From assembly GCF_023229025.1 (NCBI RefSeq), contig NZ_JALOAA010000019.1, positions 10,736-34,735 of the forward strand: a stretch of 24,000 bases of DNA. Reading direction: 5' to 3'. The translations under genes were made by a program, and so were the position numbers. This document shows, in pieces, positions 8,053-14,668 of the stretch; positions within the stretch are counted from its first letter, which is position 1; each line of letters begins with the position of its first letter. Source of the DNA: Sulfurimonas sp. (GTDB lineage: Bacteria; Campylobacterota; Campylobacteria; Campylobacterales; Sulfurimonadaceae). A model generated the notes under the pieces. It ran no database searches and was not told where the DNA came from. It saw nothing but the letters and a program-made list of their open reading frames with translations.

Positions 8053-8304
8053 ATGTATATTTTGAATGATTTAACTCCAGCAGAACTAGAAAATTTCTAT
8101 CGAGATATTGGGAAAAATGTCAAAAATGCAAGAAAAGAGAAAAAGATTTCTCAAATGCAGTTAGCCCTCGCTATAGGTCATAACTCTGTTGGACACATTG
8201 CAAAAGCCGAGCTTTACAAATATGACAAACATTTTAGTCTAGAGCAGCTTTTAAAAATTTCCCGTGTTTTAGATGTCTCTTTACATGATTTGATACCGAA
8301 GTAA
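8053..8304 (+). CDS. XRE-family helix-turn-helix transcriptional regulator
   Basis: The 83-aa protein shows the HTH_3 pattern IGKNVKNARKEKKISQMQLALAIGHNSVGHIAKAE...LEQLLKISRVLDVSLHDLI. Confidence 0.75.
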   Translation: MYILNDLTPAELENFYRDIGKNVKNARKEKKISQMQLALAIGHNSVGHIAKAELYKYDKHFSLEQLLKISRVLDVSLHDLIPK

Positions 8305-8331
8305 AAAACATTAAGACAACTCTTTTAACCT

Positions 8332-8625
8332 CTACTCGCTCTTATCCTCCACTCTACAAAGTCTAATCTCTAAGAGCAGATCATCTCTTTTAAAGTACTC
8401 CTTTTTATAGATCTCCCAGTTGCTGTTTTTACTCACAAGCATCTTTTGGTTATTGGCAATGCCAGTTGAGCAAAGGAGCGTCTTTTGATTTGCGAATGCC
8501 TCTACTTTTTCATCCATATCGAATGAGTTTATATGGTTCATGCCTAGTTTTAAAATATATATAAAGCTCATAAACAGTGCTGAAACCACAGCAATAACTA
8601 CTACGCTCTCTAAAATACTCTTCAT
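8332..8625 (-). CDS. small membrane-anchored two-cysteine protein, paralog 1 (97 aa, 1 TM)
   Basis: An N-terminal TM helix (ILESVVVIAVVSALFMSFIYIL) is followed by a conserved module AFANQKTLLC(52)...LVSKNSNWEIY..YFKRDDLLLEIRLC(90). This module is shared with ORFs 8815..9087, 9084..9476 and 10576..10935. Confidence 0.65.
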   Translation of the reverse strand: MKSILESVVVIAVVSALFMSFIYILKLGMNHINSFDMDEKVEAFANQKTLLCSTGIANNQKMLVSKNSNWEIYKKEYFKRDDLLLEIRLCRVEDKSE

Positions 8626-8641
8626 CTCTTTGTCTCCTTTG

Positions 8642-8812
8642 TTAAAACAGCTTCATAAAAAGCTCTCTGATCTTGCGGTATCGCTCATACTTTACTATTA
8701 CGACTACTACACCTATAAATATACCGATCCCTAGATACAGAAGCAGCGGCGGCTCATTTGAAGGCGGAAAAAACTCTCTTATAAGTATCAGTGTATCTTG
8801 ATTTAAAACCAT
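8642..8812 (-). CDS. small single-TM peptide (56 aa from the internal ATG; the track ORF extends to 8833)
   Basis: The sequence is MVLNQDTLILIREFFPPSNEPPLLLYLGIGIFIGVVVVIVKYERYRKIRELFMKLF. The ATG at 8812 lies 2 nt after the stop of the upstream gene (8815), which fits operon packing. No homology is recognised. Confidence 0.4.
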   Translation of the reverse strand: MVLNQDTLILIREFFPPSNEPPLLLYLGIGIFIGVVVVIVKYERYRKIRELFMKLF

Positions 8813-8814
8813 TG

Positions 8815-9087
8815 CTACTCCCTCTCCCTGCACTCTGATATAGAGACAAACTTATCCTCTTTGACAAACTCCTCTCCTTGAATCTTCCACCCTCCTCTTT
8901 TACTTACAAGAAACCTCTCAAACCCTCCTCTGCAAGCAAACTCTTGATTCTCTAAAAAAGCTTTTTTCTTCTCGTCATCATTTAAGCTTGTAATTTCTTT
9001 ATAACCCTCAAGAAGTGCTCCAAACATGAGAGCGAAGATACCGATAATTACAACTGCTACAACTATATTTTCTGCTATCTTTTTCAC
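8815..9087 (-). CDS. small membrane-anchored two-cysteine protein, paralog 2 (90 aa, 1 TM)
   Basis: The N-terminal TM helix is IVVAVVIIGIFALMFGALL. The module KAFLENQEFAC(52)...LVSKRGGWKI..FVKEDKFVSISEC(86) is collinear with paralog 1, including DEK at aa 38-40 and Cys52. The gene overlaps the upstream gene by 4 nt. Confidence 0.65.
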   Translation of the reverse strand: MKKIAENIVVAVVIIGIFALMFGALLEGYKEITSLNDDEKKKAFLENQEFACRGGFERFLVSKRGGWKIQGEEFVKEDKFVSISECRERE

Positions 9088-9476
9088 TCTTTAGGTTCCT
9101 TTAGTTCTTTTGTCTTCTCTGTTGGTTTGGTCTCTTTTAGGAGGATACAACCGCCGATGTAGAGTATATTTTGCTCATGGATAAAGTAGTCACTCTGAAG
9201 CGTAAATCCTTTTGCTTGAGAGATGATTAGTTTTTTCTCATCATCCTCTTTACATAAAAGCTCTTTGTTGTTGTAAAAACCCTCTATGAGGCTCTCTCGT
9301 GTATTTTTAAAATGCACAGAGCCGATGATAACTATAAGAATTGCAAAAAAGCTAAAGTTGAGTATGGAGTCTCTTTTTTTATCATCAAATGAGTAAGGAA
9401 TCGTTGCAAACACTGCAATAACAAGAGAGAGTGCGGCAAGTCCGATTATCTCTGTTAAAGTCAGATGTAAATCCAT
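9084..9476 (-). CDS. small membrane two-cysteine protein, paralog 3 (130 aa, 2 TM, divergent)
   Basis: It has two TM helices (IIGLAALSLVIAVFATI and FSFFAILIVIIGSV). The module follows: EGFYNNKELLC(75)...LIISQAKGF..YFIHEQNILYIGGC(110). A Lys/Glu-rich tail ends the protein. Confidence 0.6.
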   Translation of the reverse strand: MDLHLTLTEIIGLAALSLVIAVFATIPYSFDDKKRDSILNFSFFAILIVIIGSVHFKNTRESLIEGFYNNKELLCKEDDEKKLIISQAKGFTLQSDYFIHEQNILYIGGCILLKETKPTEKTKELKEPKE

Positions 9477-9493
9477 AGTAGTTCTCTTTTTTT

Positions 9494-9577
9494 TTAGAAT
9501 ATTTTGTATGGAAGCGTTGCTATAAACATCAAAGCGCTAAATACAAGAAGTGCAGTTTGGAGATGCTCAGGCATCAT
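9494..9577 (-). CDS. possible 27-aa hydrophobic mini-protein (speculative)
   Basis: I translated this by hand: ATGATGCCTGAG... gives MMPEHLQTALLVFSALMFIATLPYKIF. Its start overlaps the stop of the 142-aa gene (AATGATGCCTGA). It fills most of an otherwise empty 90-nt gap in the operon. No further support is available. Confidence 0.2.
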   Translation of the reverse strand: MMPEHLQTALLVFSALMFIATLPYKIF

Positions 9578-9995
9578 TTTTTAACTCACTTTTATCTTGA
9601 GCGAACTCTGACGAGAGAAACTTCTCTCTTTGGATGATGCAGTACTCCTTGTACCTGCAGATATATCTGCTTGATATTTCTCTCTTGTGCACTCCGCTTA
9701 CCCTATAAAGTCCAAACAGCCAAAAGAGCGAGCTTTTCTTTATAAGCTCTTTTGGGTGCTTGCAGAGAAGCTTTTCATAATCACTCCCCAAAGCGCTGTG
9801 TTCGTTGTAGAGAGTTTGTCTTCCCTCTATGGTATAGATGCCATTCTCATCCAAGGAGAGTGTTGCATCCAAAAATACGCTATGCATCTCTTCATGCCCT
9901 ACATGGTAAAAGCGCTCACCTGCCGGATTTACAAGTATCTCTCTGTTGTGCTCATCTATTAAGATATTTACATTGCTGTAGAGTATTTTTGACAT
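9567..9995 (-). CDS. hypothetical 142-aa protein
   Basis: The ORF comes from the track, within the same-strand operon. It contains HEEMH (aa 34-38), but I recognise no family. Confidence 0.55.
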   Translation of the reverse strand: MSKILYSNVNILIDEHNREILVNPAGERFYHVGHEEMHSVFLDATLSLDENGIYTIEGRQTLYNEHSALGSDYEKLLCKHPKELIKKSSLFWLFGLYRVSGVHKREISSRYICRYKEYCIIQREKFLSSEFAQDKSELKNDA

Positions 9996-10070
9996 TGGCT
10001 CTCCTTGTTTCTTTAGTAGAGTATAATTGTAAGATAGCAGAGTGCGGGCGTTGTTTCGCTCTTTTTATTT

Positions 10071-10568
10071 TTAAAGCTCAAACCTGCTAAGGGTGATGAG
10101 TTTTAGATTTTTATCGCACAGGTTCATCTTCATAGCTATGCGTTTTTTATTGGCGTCTTGCATGATCCAAGTGAGTTTTTTACGCTCAAAGAGTATCTTT
10201 TTGCCGATATCCACAAAGTCGCTGTCTGAGGAGATAAATATAAACTCGTCATACTCTTTAAGGATTCTATAGACGCTCTTTATCTTTGCATCACTATCGC
10301 TCTTATGTGCTACGAGCACTTCAAAGCCGTTCTTTTGCATAGAGATAAGCTTGGAGTGTTTTATGGGGTTGGTAGTTATGATAAATGAACGTTCCGGTGC
10401 GAACTTGAGTGATTGTTTTACTTGTGGAAGATGACTGTAAGGGATGTTCTCCAGATCCCAAAGCAGCACCGCCTTTTCTCTATAGTTGCCGCTTCCCCAT
10501 GTTACCTCTTTTATAACATCTTCATCAACGGCTTGAAAATAGCTCTCAAAACAAAAAAATGAAAACAT
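10071..10568 (-). CDS. NYN-domain (LabA/PIN-like) putative ribonuclease
   Basis: The 165-aa protein matches the NYN signature blocks in order. They are AVLLWDLENIP (D-x-E-N), GFEVLVAHKSDSDAKIK (acidic DA motif) and FIFISSDSDFVDIGKKI (S-x-D-S-D-F). Confidence 0.65.
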   Translation of the reverse strand: MFSFFCFESYFQAVDEDVIKEVTWGSGNYREKAVLLWDLENIPYSHLPQVKQSLKFAPERSFIITTNPIKHSKLISMQKNGFEVLVAHKSDSDAKIKSVYRILKEYDEFIFISSDSDFVDIGKKILFERKKLTWIMQDANKKRIAMKMNLCDKNLKLITLSRFEL

Positions 10569-10575
10569 CTACCCA

Positions 10576-10935
10576 TTACCTCTTTTGCTCGCAGTTTATT
10601 ATTTCTAAAAGCAGATCCTCTTTTTTAAAATAGCTATCCTCATAAACACTCCATCCCTCTTTTATAGAGACAAGATAGTGCTCCTTCTTTTTAAACGCTC
10701 CGGTTTTGCAAATAAAAGTGTTTTCGTCATAAAACGCTCCTCTTTTCTCTTTAATGGTGTTATTGTCATAGAGCGCAAAGAGGTAGGAGAGTATGGTTAC
10801 AAATACAAAGGAGCCCATAAAGATAAAAAGTACAGTCCGCAGTGAAGGTTTCTCGCTCTTTTTTAAAGCCGAGAAGTGTAGCAGCACCAATGCAAAGCCA
10901 AGGATGATTGAGAGTTTAAAGATTTCAAGAGCCAC
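10576..10935 (-). CDS. small membrane two-cysteine protein, paralog 4 (119 aa, 2 TM), first gene of the operon
   Basis: The start codon is GTG. It has two TM helices. The module GAFYDENTFIC(76)...YLVSIKEGWSVY..YFKKEDLLLEIINC(115) nearly duplicates the C-terminal block of paralog 1 (EDLLLEIINC versus DDLLLEIRLC). Confidence 0.65.
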   Translation of the reverse strand: MALEIFKLSIILGFALVLLHFSALKKSEKPSLRTVLFIFMGSFVFVTILSYLFALYDNNTIKEKRGAFYDENTFICKTGAFKKKEHYLVSIKEGWSVYEDSYFKKEDLLLEIINCEQKR

Positions 10936-11109
10936 GCTATCGCCTTCTTCTGTTTTTATAAAAAGTATAAGAAATGCGGGTGAAAGCGTGGTTTCGTTTT
11001 AGTGATACTGCATTATCATATATAAAATGTGGTACAAATAGCCAACTTATTCACACCATTTATGGTATGATTATAGAAAGCAATCACACTATTTACAGGA
11101 AAGAAGATT

Positions 11110-12240
11110 ATGAAACGCTGGATTTGGCAACAAAGTGAGTATCCAAACTTTACCTATGACCTAAAAAGATTAGAGAGTTTGATACAAAAGGTCTCTCTTG
11201 AACAGGGATACTTAATCGCTCTTGCACAAACCATAGATAAAGACAATATCATTCAAAGACGCTTTGAAGCCTTGATGAATGAAGCTATAAACACTTCTGC
11301 CATAGAGGGAGAGATTCTAAACCGCGATAGCGTAAAAGCCTCAATTCAAAAAAAGCTTGGATTCAAAGAGATAAACTATAAAAAAATAGACGAGGCGACA
11401 GATTACCTTATAGAGATACTTATAGATGCAAACAGTAACTATGACAAAGAGTTGAAGCTCGAGAGATTATTTGGTTGGCACAATGCTCTCTTTCCAAAAG
11501 GATACAGTGGATTACGCAAGGTAAATACAGCATCATTTAGAGGCGAAGAGACCATGGAAGTAGTAGGAATAGAGCGCGGCAGAGAGGTGGTTTTTTATGA
11601 AGCACCGCCTAGAGCTAACCTAGAGCATGAGATGCAGAAATTTTTAGATTGGTTCAATGCTGCCGAACCTAGTTTGATCAAAGCCTGCATAGCACATCTT
11701 TGGTTTGTTATAATCCACCCATTTGATGATGGAAACGGAAGACTAGCAAGGGCTATAACGGACTTGGTACTCTCAAAAATAGAAAACTCTAAGATCTCAA
11801 GACTCTACTCTATGTCAAGTGCCATAAACACAGACAGAAAAGGCTATTACAGAGCGCTTGAGCACACTACAGGATATATAAACAAAGAGAGTAATCCTCT
11901 TGATATAACCCATTGGTGCGAGTGGTTTTTATCTACCCTGCATAATGCTCTTATTGACACTAAAAAAAAGCTTGACTATATAGTACAAAAAACAAAGTTT
12001 TGGGATAAACATAAAAACGATGAGCTTAACGCAAGAGAGATAAAAGTACTCAATTTCGTACTCGACATGGGAGCAGAAAATTTCCAAGGAAACTTAAGCA
12101 AAAAGAAGTATATGAGCATTGCAGACACTGCATCGACAAATGCTTCAAGAGACATAGCACAGCTCTTAGAGCTTGGCTGTATAAGACAAAAAGAAGGGAC
12201 TAGCGGAAGAAATACTGCTTATGAGATAATCTTGGATTAG
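11110..12240 (+). CDS. Fic-family protein (AMPylase-type) with an N-terminal inhibitory motif and a C-terminal winged-helix-like region
   Basis: The 376-aa protein has the canonical Fic motif HPFDDGNGRLAR (aa 203-214, nt 11716..11751). The autoinhibitory (S/T)xxxE(G/N) motif TSAIEG lies at aa 62-67 (nt 11293..11310). The N-terminus MKRWIWQQSEYPNFTYD is typical of the DUF4172-type Fic N-terminal extension. Confidence 0.9.
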   Translation: MKRWIWQQSEYPNFTYDLKRLESLIQKVSLEQGYLIALAQTIDKDNIIQRRFEALMNEAINTSAIEGEILNRDSVKASIQKKLGFKEINYKKIDEATDYLIEILIDANSNYDKELKLERLFGWHNALFPKGYSGLRKVNTASFRGEETMEVVGIERGREVVFYEAPPRANLEHEMQKFLDWFNAAEPSLIKACIAHLWFVIIHPFDDGNGRLARAITDLVLSKIENSKISRLYSMSSAINTDRKGYYRALEHTTGYINKESNPLDITHWCEWFLSTLHNALIDTKKKLDYIVQKTKFWDKHKNDELNAREIKVLNFVLDMGAENFQGNLSKKKYMSIADTASTNASRDIAQLLELGCIRQKEGTSGRNTAYEIILD

Positions 12241-12473
12241 CCCTTAACACTCTCTATCTTTTGGCAGATCTCACGCATAACATACTCTAGTTTTTTTGCT
12301 TTATCGTAGTAGTCTAAAAACGGTTCTACCCAGTTTGGGATTACTAAAGGCTTGCCTTCTCTCATTACTCCCCAATTGTTGATTGTTGAATAGGGAACTC
12401 TGCATAATTCGGAGAAATCTTGTTTTGAGATTTCAAGCTCTTTCAACCTTAGAATAAATTGCTCTTTTGTCAT
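12237..12473 (-). CDS. small HTH DNA-binding protein (XRE/Cro-like)
   Basis: The 78-aa protein has an HTH segment ISKQDFSELCRVPYSTINNWG. It is convergent with the Fic gene, and the two 3' ends overlap by 4 nt. Confidence 0.6.
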   Translation of the reverse strand: MTKEQFILRLKELEISKQDFSELCRVPYSTINNWGVMREGKPLVIPNWVEPFLDYYDKAKKLEYVMREICQKIESVKG

Positions 12474-12539
12474 AAAACACCTTTTGTACTATATTTGGAT
12501 AATTTTACCATATAAAATACTAATATAGCAATTTACTTC

Positions 12540-12568
12540 TTGACATAATATGCATATTAGTATATAAT
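12540..12568 (+). promoter_or_regulatory. consensus sigma70-type promoter with a 14-bp palindromic operator in the spacer
   Basis: TTGACA (12540..12545), a 17-bp spacer and TATAAT (12563..12568) are all perfect. The spacer contains the perfect palindrome TAATATGCATATTA (12546..12559). Confidence 0.55.
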
Positions 12569-12608
12569 CTGTTTAATAAATACTATTATAGGATAAAAGG
12601 AGCAACAG

Positions 12609-12722
12609 ATGAGAAAAGCAAAACACTTAGCAAAAGAGTACAGATATACAATCTTTGTACTCACAATAGAGCTTTTGGTGAGTATTACTCAAGCACTGCC
12701 GCTTTTAAGCAGCGCTGCATAA
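12609..12722 (+). CDS. 37-aa mini-ORF: basic N-terminus plus hydrophobic helix (leader peptide or small toxin-like peptide)
   Basis: I translated this by hand: MRKAKHLAKEYRYTIFVLTIELLVSITQALPLLSSAA. It is preceded by AAAAGGAG with a 6-nt spacer and lies ~40 nt downstream of the consensus promoter. It is too short for the supplied ORF track. Confidence 0.35.
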   Translation: MRKAKHLAKEYRYTIFVLTIELLVSITQALPLLSSAA

Positions 12723-12738
12723 TGAAAGGAGTTTTACT

Positions 12739-12999
12739 ATGGCACAAAAATCATACGATAAAGCTCTTTTTAGACTTATCTCCATACTCTCTATGCTCAC
12801 TAAAGACGAAAGACCTACTATCTCATCTTTGGCAGAGGAGTTTAATGTTTCTAAAAGAACTATTCAGACAGATATTTATCAAAGACTCTGTGGCTGGGAT
12901 ATTACTAAAGATAAGCTTGGGAGGCTTGTTTTTAGGGATGGGGTTAATATTTTTGGGGTGACTCGGAAGTTAGGGAGAAAGGGGAAGGAGGTGGTGTGA
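12739..12999 (+). CDS. YafY/WYL-regulator-type N-terminal HTH domain protein, apparently truncated
   Basis: The 86-aa protein begins YDKALFRLISILSMLTKDERPTISSLAEEFNVSKRTIQTDI, matching the HTH_11 head of YafY-like regulators. No WYL domain follows. The last ~25 codons are an atypical G-rich stretch that ends 1 nt from a convergent gene relic. An RBS AAAGGAG lies upstream. Confidence 0.5.
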   Translation: MAQKSYDKALFRLISILSMLTKDERPTISSLAEEFNVSKRTIQTDIYQRLCGWDITKDKLGRLVFRDGVNIFGVTRKLGRKGKEVV

Positions 13000-13000
13000 G

Positions 13001-13140
13001 TCACTTGATTTTACTTTTAATACGCTTTTCTAAAATCTCTTTCCGTTTTTCCCAATACTCATATAAAGAGCTAAATAATCATAAAATTGCTTAGAATGAT
13101 TTGGATAAATAAAATGAACCAGTTCATGAAAAACAACATA
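13001..13140 (-). pseudogene. relic of a DUF45/YgjP-type (M48-like, COG1451) zinc metallopeptidase gene: C-terminal fragment only, frameshifted
   Basis: Manual translation gives YVVFHELVHFIYPNHSKQFYDYLALYM, containing the HExxH...NHS..F signature of the YgjP family. An in-frame TAA lies immediately upstream. The expected C-terminus EYWEKRKEILEKRIKSKIK* continues in a different frame. The fragment is therefore N-terminally truncated and frameshifted. Confidence 0.55.
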
Positions 13141-13208
13141 TTATATGCAAATTTTGGGCTTTTTTATAAGTTGATCTTGGTTCAGTTTAATAATAAATTA
13201 AACCTGAT

Positions 13209-14078
13209 TTAAAACTCATCTACTATGCTCTTTCTTATCTGCTCAAACTCTTCTGGAGTAATCTCCATATCTTCCATAAGCTCTCGGAGTTCTTCTTTGG
13301 CTTGTATATCCTCTTCGCTATCTTTGCTTATGGGGACAAACCCTTTTCCAATTATTCCCAATGATTTTTTATTGTGTTCAGGAACAAGACTTGGGTTATG
13401 TTTTAGACATAAGATATAGATAATGCCTTTTAGCAACTCAAAGGTCTCTTTGGTAGGTTTTATGTCAAAACACGACATGTATTTATACAATCTGTCGTAG
13501 TCTATCTTGTTCATAAAAACACCGGAATCCATATTTTGTTTGAACTCTTGAGCAGGAATTGTGTTCTTAAAAGTGTGATGTTTATTGCGAAGTTTTTTCA
13601 TAGCTTCTTTAACAATTGGTCTATATTTTTTTCTGAAATTGCTTGCGGTGGCATAGTTTGCTTTTTGATTATTTGTACTAAGATTGAACCATATATATGA
13701 ACGCATGAGAATATCTTTGTTGTTGTATTTGTCTGATTCTATTATTCCCATATTGACTCTTTTGTATTGATTTTTTGTAGCGGTCATGATGCCTTTTTCA
13801 AAAGCAGTCTTCCCTTCTTGTTCTGGATCTTTTTGGTTTAGATTGCAAACTTTCTTTTGAACTTTTTGATATGCTTTTTTTATGAAGTTGTCTTTTTTTT
13901 CAGGTGTGTTATCGTGAATAAGATTGATTATTTTTTTAAAAGCATAGTACTCACTTGGATTAAATTCTAAATCTAAAGCCTGCTCACTATGGTTAAGTAT
14001 ATCATCCCTTATTTCATCAAGAAACATTGCAAGATGCTCCTTGTTTAATATGAAACTTTCTCTTTTTTCTTTTATCAT
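13209..14078 (-). CDS. hypothetical 289-aa protein (possible replication/regulatory protein of a small mobile module)
   Basis: This is a long open frame from the track with an acidic C-terminal tail. I recognise no family. The role is suggested only by context: it lies downstream of an HTH_17-like gene and next to an iteron-like repeat field. Confidence 0.6.
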   Translation of the reverse strand: MIKEKRESFILNKEHLAMFLDEIRDDILNHSEQALDLEFNPSEYYAFKKIINLIHDNTPEKKDNFIKKAYQKVQKKVCNLNQKDPEQEGKTAFEKGIMTATKNQYKRVNMGIIESDKYNNKDILMRSYIWFNLSTNNQKANYATASNFRKKYRPIVKEAMKKLRNKHHTFKNTIPAQEFKQNMDSGVFMNKIDYDRLYKYMSCFDIKPTKETFELLKGIIYILCLKHNPSLVPEHNKKSLGIIGKGFVPISKDSEEDIQAKEELRELMEDMEITPEEFEQIRKSIVDEF

Positions 14079-14109
14079 TTTTCTCTCCCATTAAGTGTGT
14101 CAATGTTTT

Positions 14110-14400
14110 TCTGCGAAAACTGCGCCTTGGTTTCCGATACTTATACGAAGTATTTGGAGTGCGTTTCAAAGCGCAGTACTAAATTTTTATCTAATTTGTG
14201 CATTTTTGCGCCTAGCTTTTCGATTTACCTATTTAAAGAAATCCCTATTTTTAGGCAGATTTTGATTGGTAGAAAATGCCAGCGCACTTTTTACTAAATC
14301 TCACTCTACAAATATCCCTATTTTTAGGCACTTTTTATAAAAAGCGCACCAGTGTTTTCGAGTGTTGTATTTTCAAAATATCAAGCGCACTAATGATTAA
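14110..14400. repeat. iteron-like repeat field
   Basis: A 17-bp perfect direct repeat ATCCCTATTTTTAGGCA occurs at 14241..14257 and 14314..14330. The G/C core AGCGCA(C/G) occurs four times in direct orientation (~14171, 14281, 14343, 14385), and two of these copies are followed by TACTAAAT. There are 3-4 inverted copies (TGCGC or GTGCG near 14121, 14159, 14207). All of this sits in otherwise very AT-rich DNA. Confidence 0.45.
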
Positions 14401-14434
14401 TATTTTTACAATTTCCCATTCAAAATCCTTTTTT

Positions 14435-14668
14435 TTAAACAACTTTTTGATTGTTGTTCAATATATAATCTACAACTGTATCAATTGGATACTCCACAGA
14501 TGCATTCTTCGATTTGCCACGTTTTTTATATTCCAAGTACAGTCCTTGCTTCTTCCAGCGGTCAATTGTCGCAACCGACTTATTTAGAGCTTGTGCAGCT
14601 TGTTTCCGTGAAAGTAAAAGAGTGTCAAATTTCTGATAGATTAAACCCCTAGCTTCTTGTTTAGTCAT
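14435..14668 (-). CDS. HTH_17/excisionase-like (MerR-superfamily) small DNA-binding protein
   Basis: The 77-aa protein has the segment LLLSRKQAAQALNKSVATIDRWKKQG, which fits the Xis/AlpA-type helix-turn-helix. The size is typical of that family. Confidence 0.55.
   Translation of the reverse strand: MTKQEARGLIYQKFDTLLLSRKQAAQALNKSVATIDRWKKQGLYLEYKKRGKSKNASVEYPIDTVVDYILNNNQKVV

Noticed and set aside
9882-9896. The HEEMH (HExxH) string in the 142-aa orphan, considered as a zinc-metalloprotease active site.
   Set aside because: It is a five-residue match in a small protein, with no third ligand motif or recognisable protease scaffold. It is likely coincidental.
8332-10935. Interpreting the four small membrane paralogs as type IV pilins or pseudopilins, given the N-terminal hydrophobic helix with an early Glu and the C-terminal Cys pair.
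   Set aside because: No G-1/F+1 prepilin peptidase site (G-FTLxE type) is present. Two of the paralogs have two TM helices. No pilus assembly ATPase, platform or peptidase genes are nearby. I keep this only as a remote analogy.
7132-11002. Track ORFs 7132..7317, 8540..8734, 9687..9962, 9752..10090 and 10793..11002.
   Set aside because: All overlap better-supported genes, in an alternative frame on the same strand (7132..7317, within the Sel1 gene) or antisense (the rest). None has motifs or RBS support. 9752..10090 also has an implausible Cys/His/Arg-rich composition.
12722-12961. A 79-aa + strand ORF overlapping the YafY-type HTH ORF in another frame.
   Set aside because: The competing frame (12739..12999) has a recognisable HTH_11 sequence and its own RBS. 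This frame has neither.
13225-14587. Track ORFs 13225..13419, 14097..14297 and 14276..14587.
   Set aside because: The first is antisense within the 289-aa gene. The other two run through the repeat field and antisense into the Xis-like gene, with Phe/Leu/Ile-rich low-complexity translations. They are better explained as non-coding repeat DNA.
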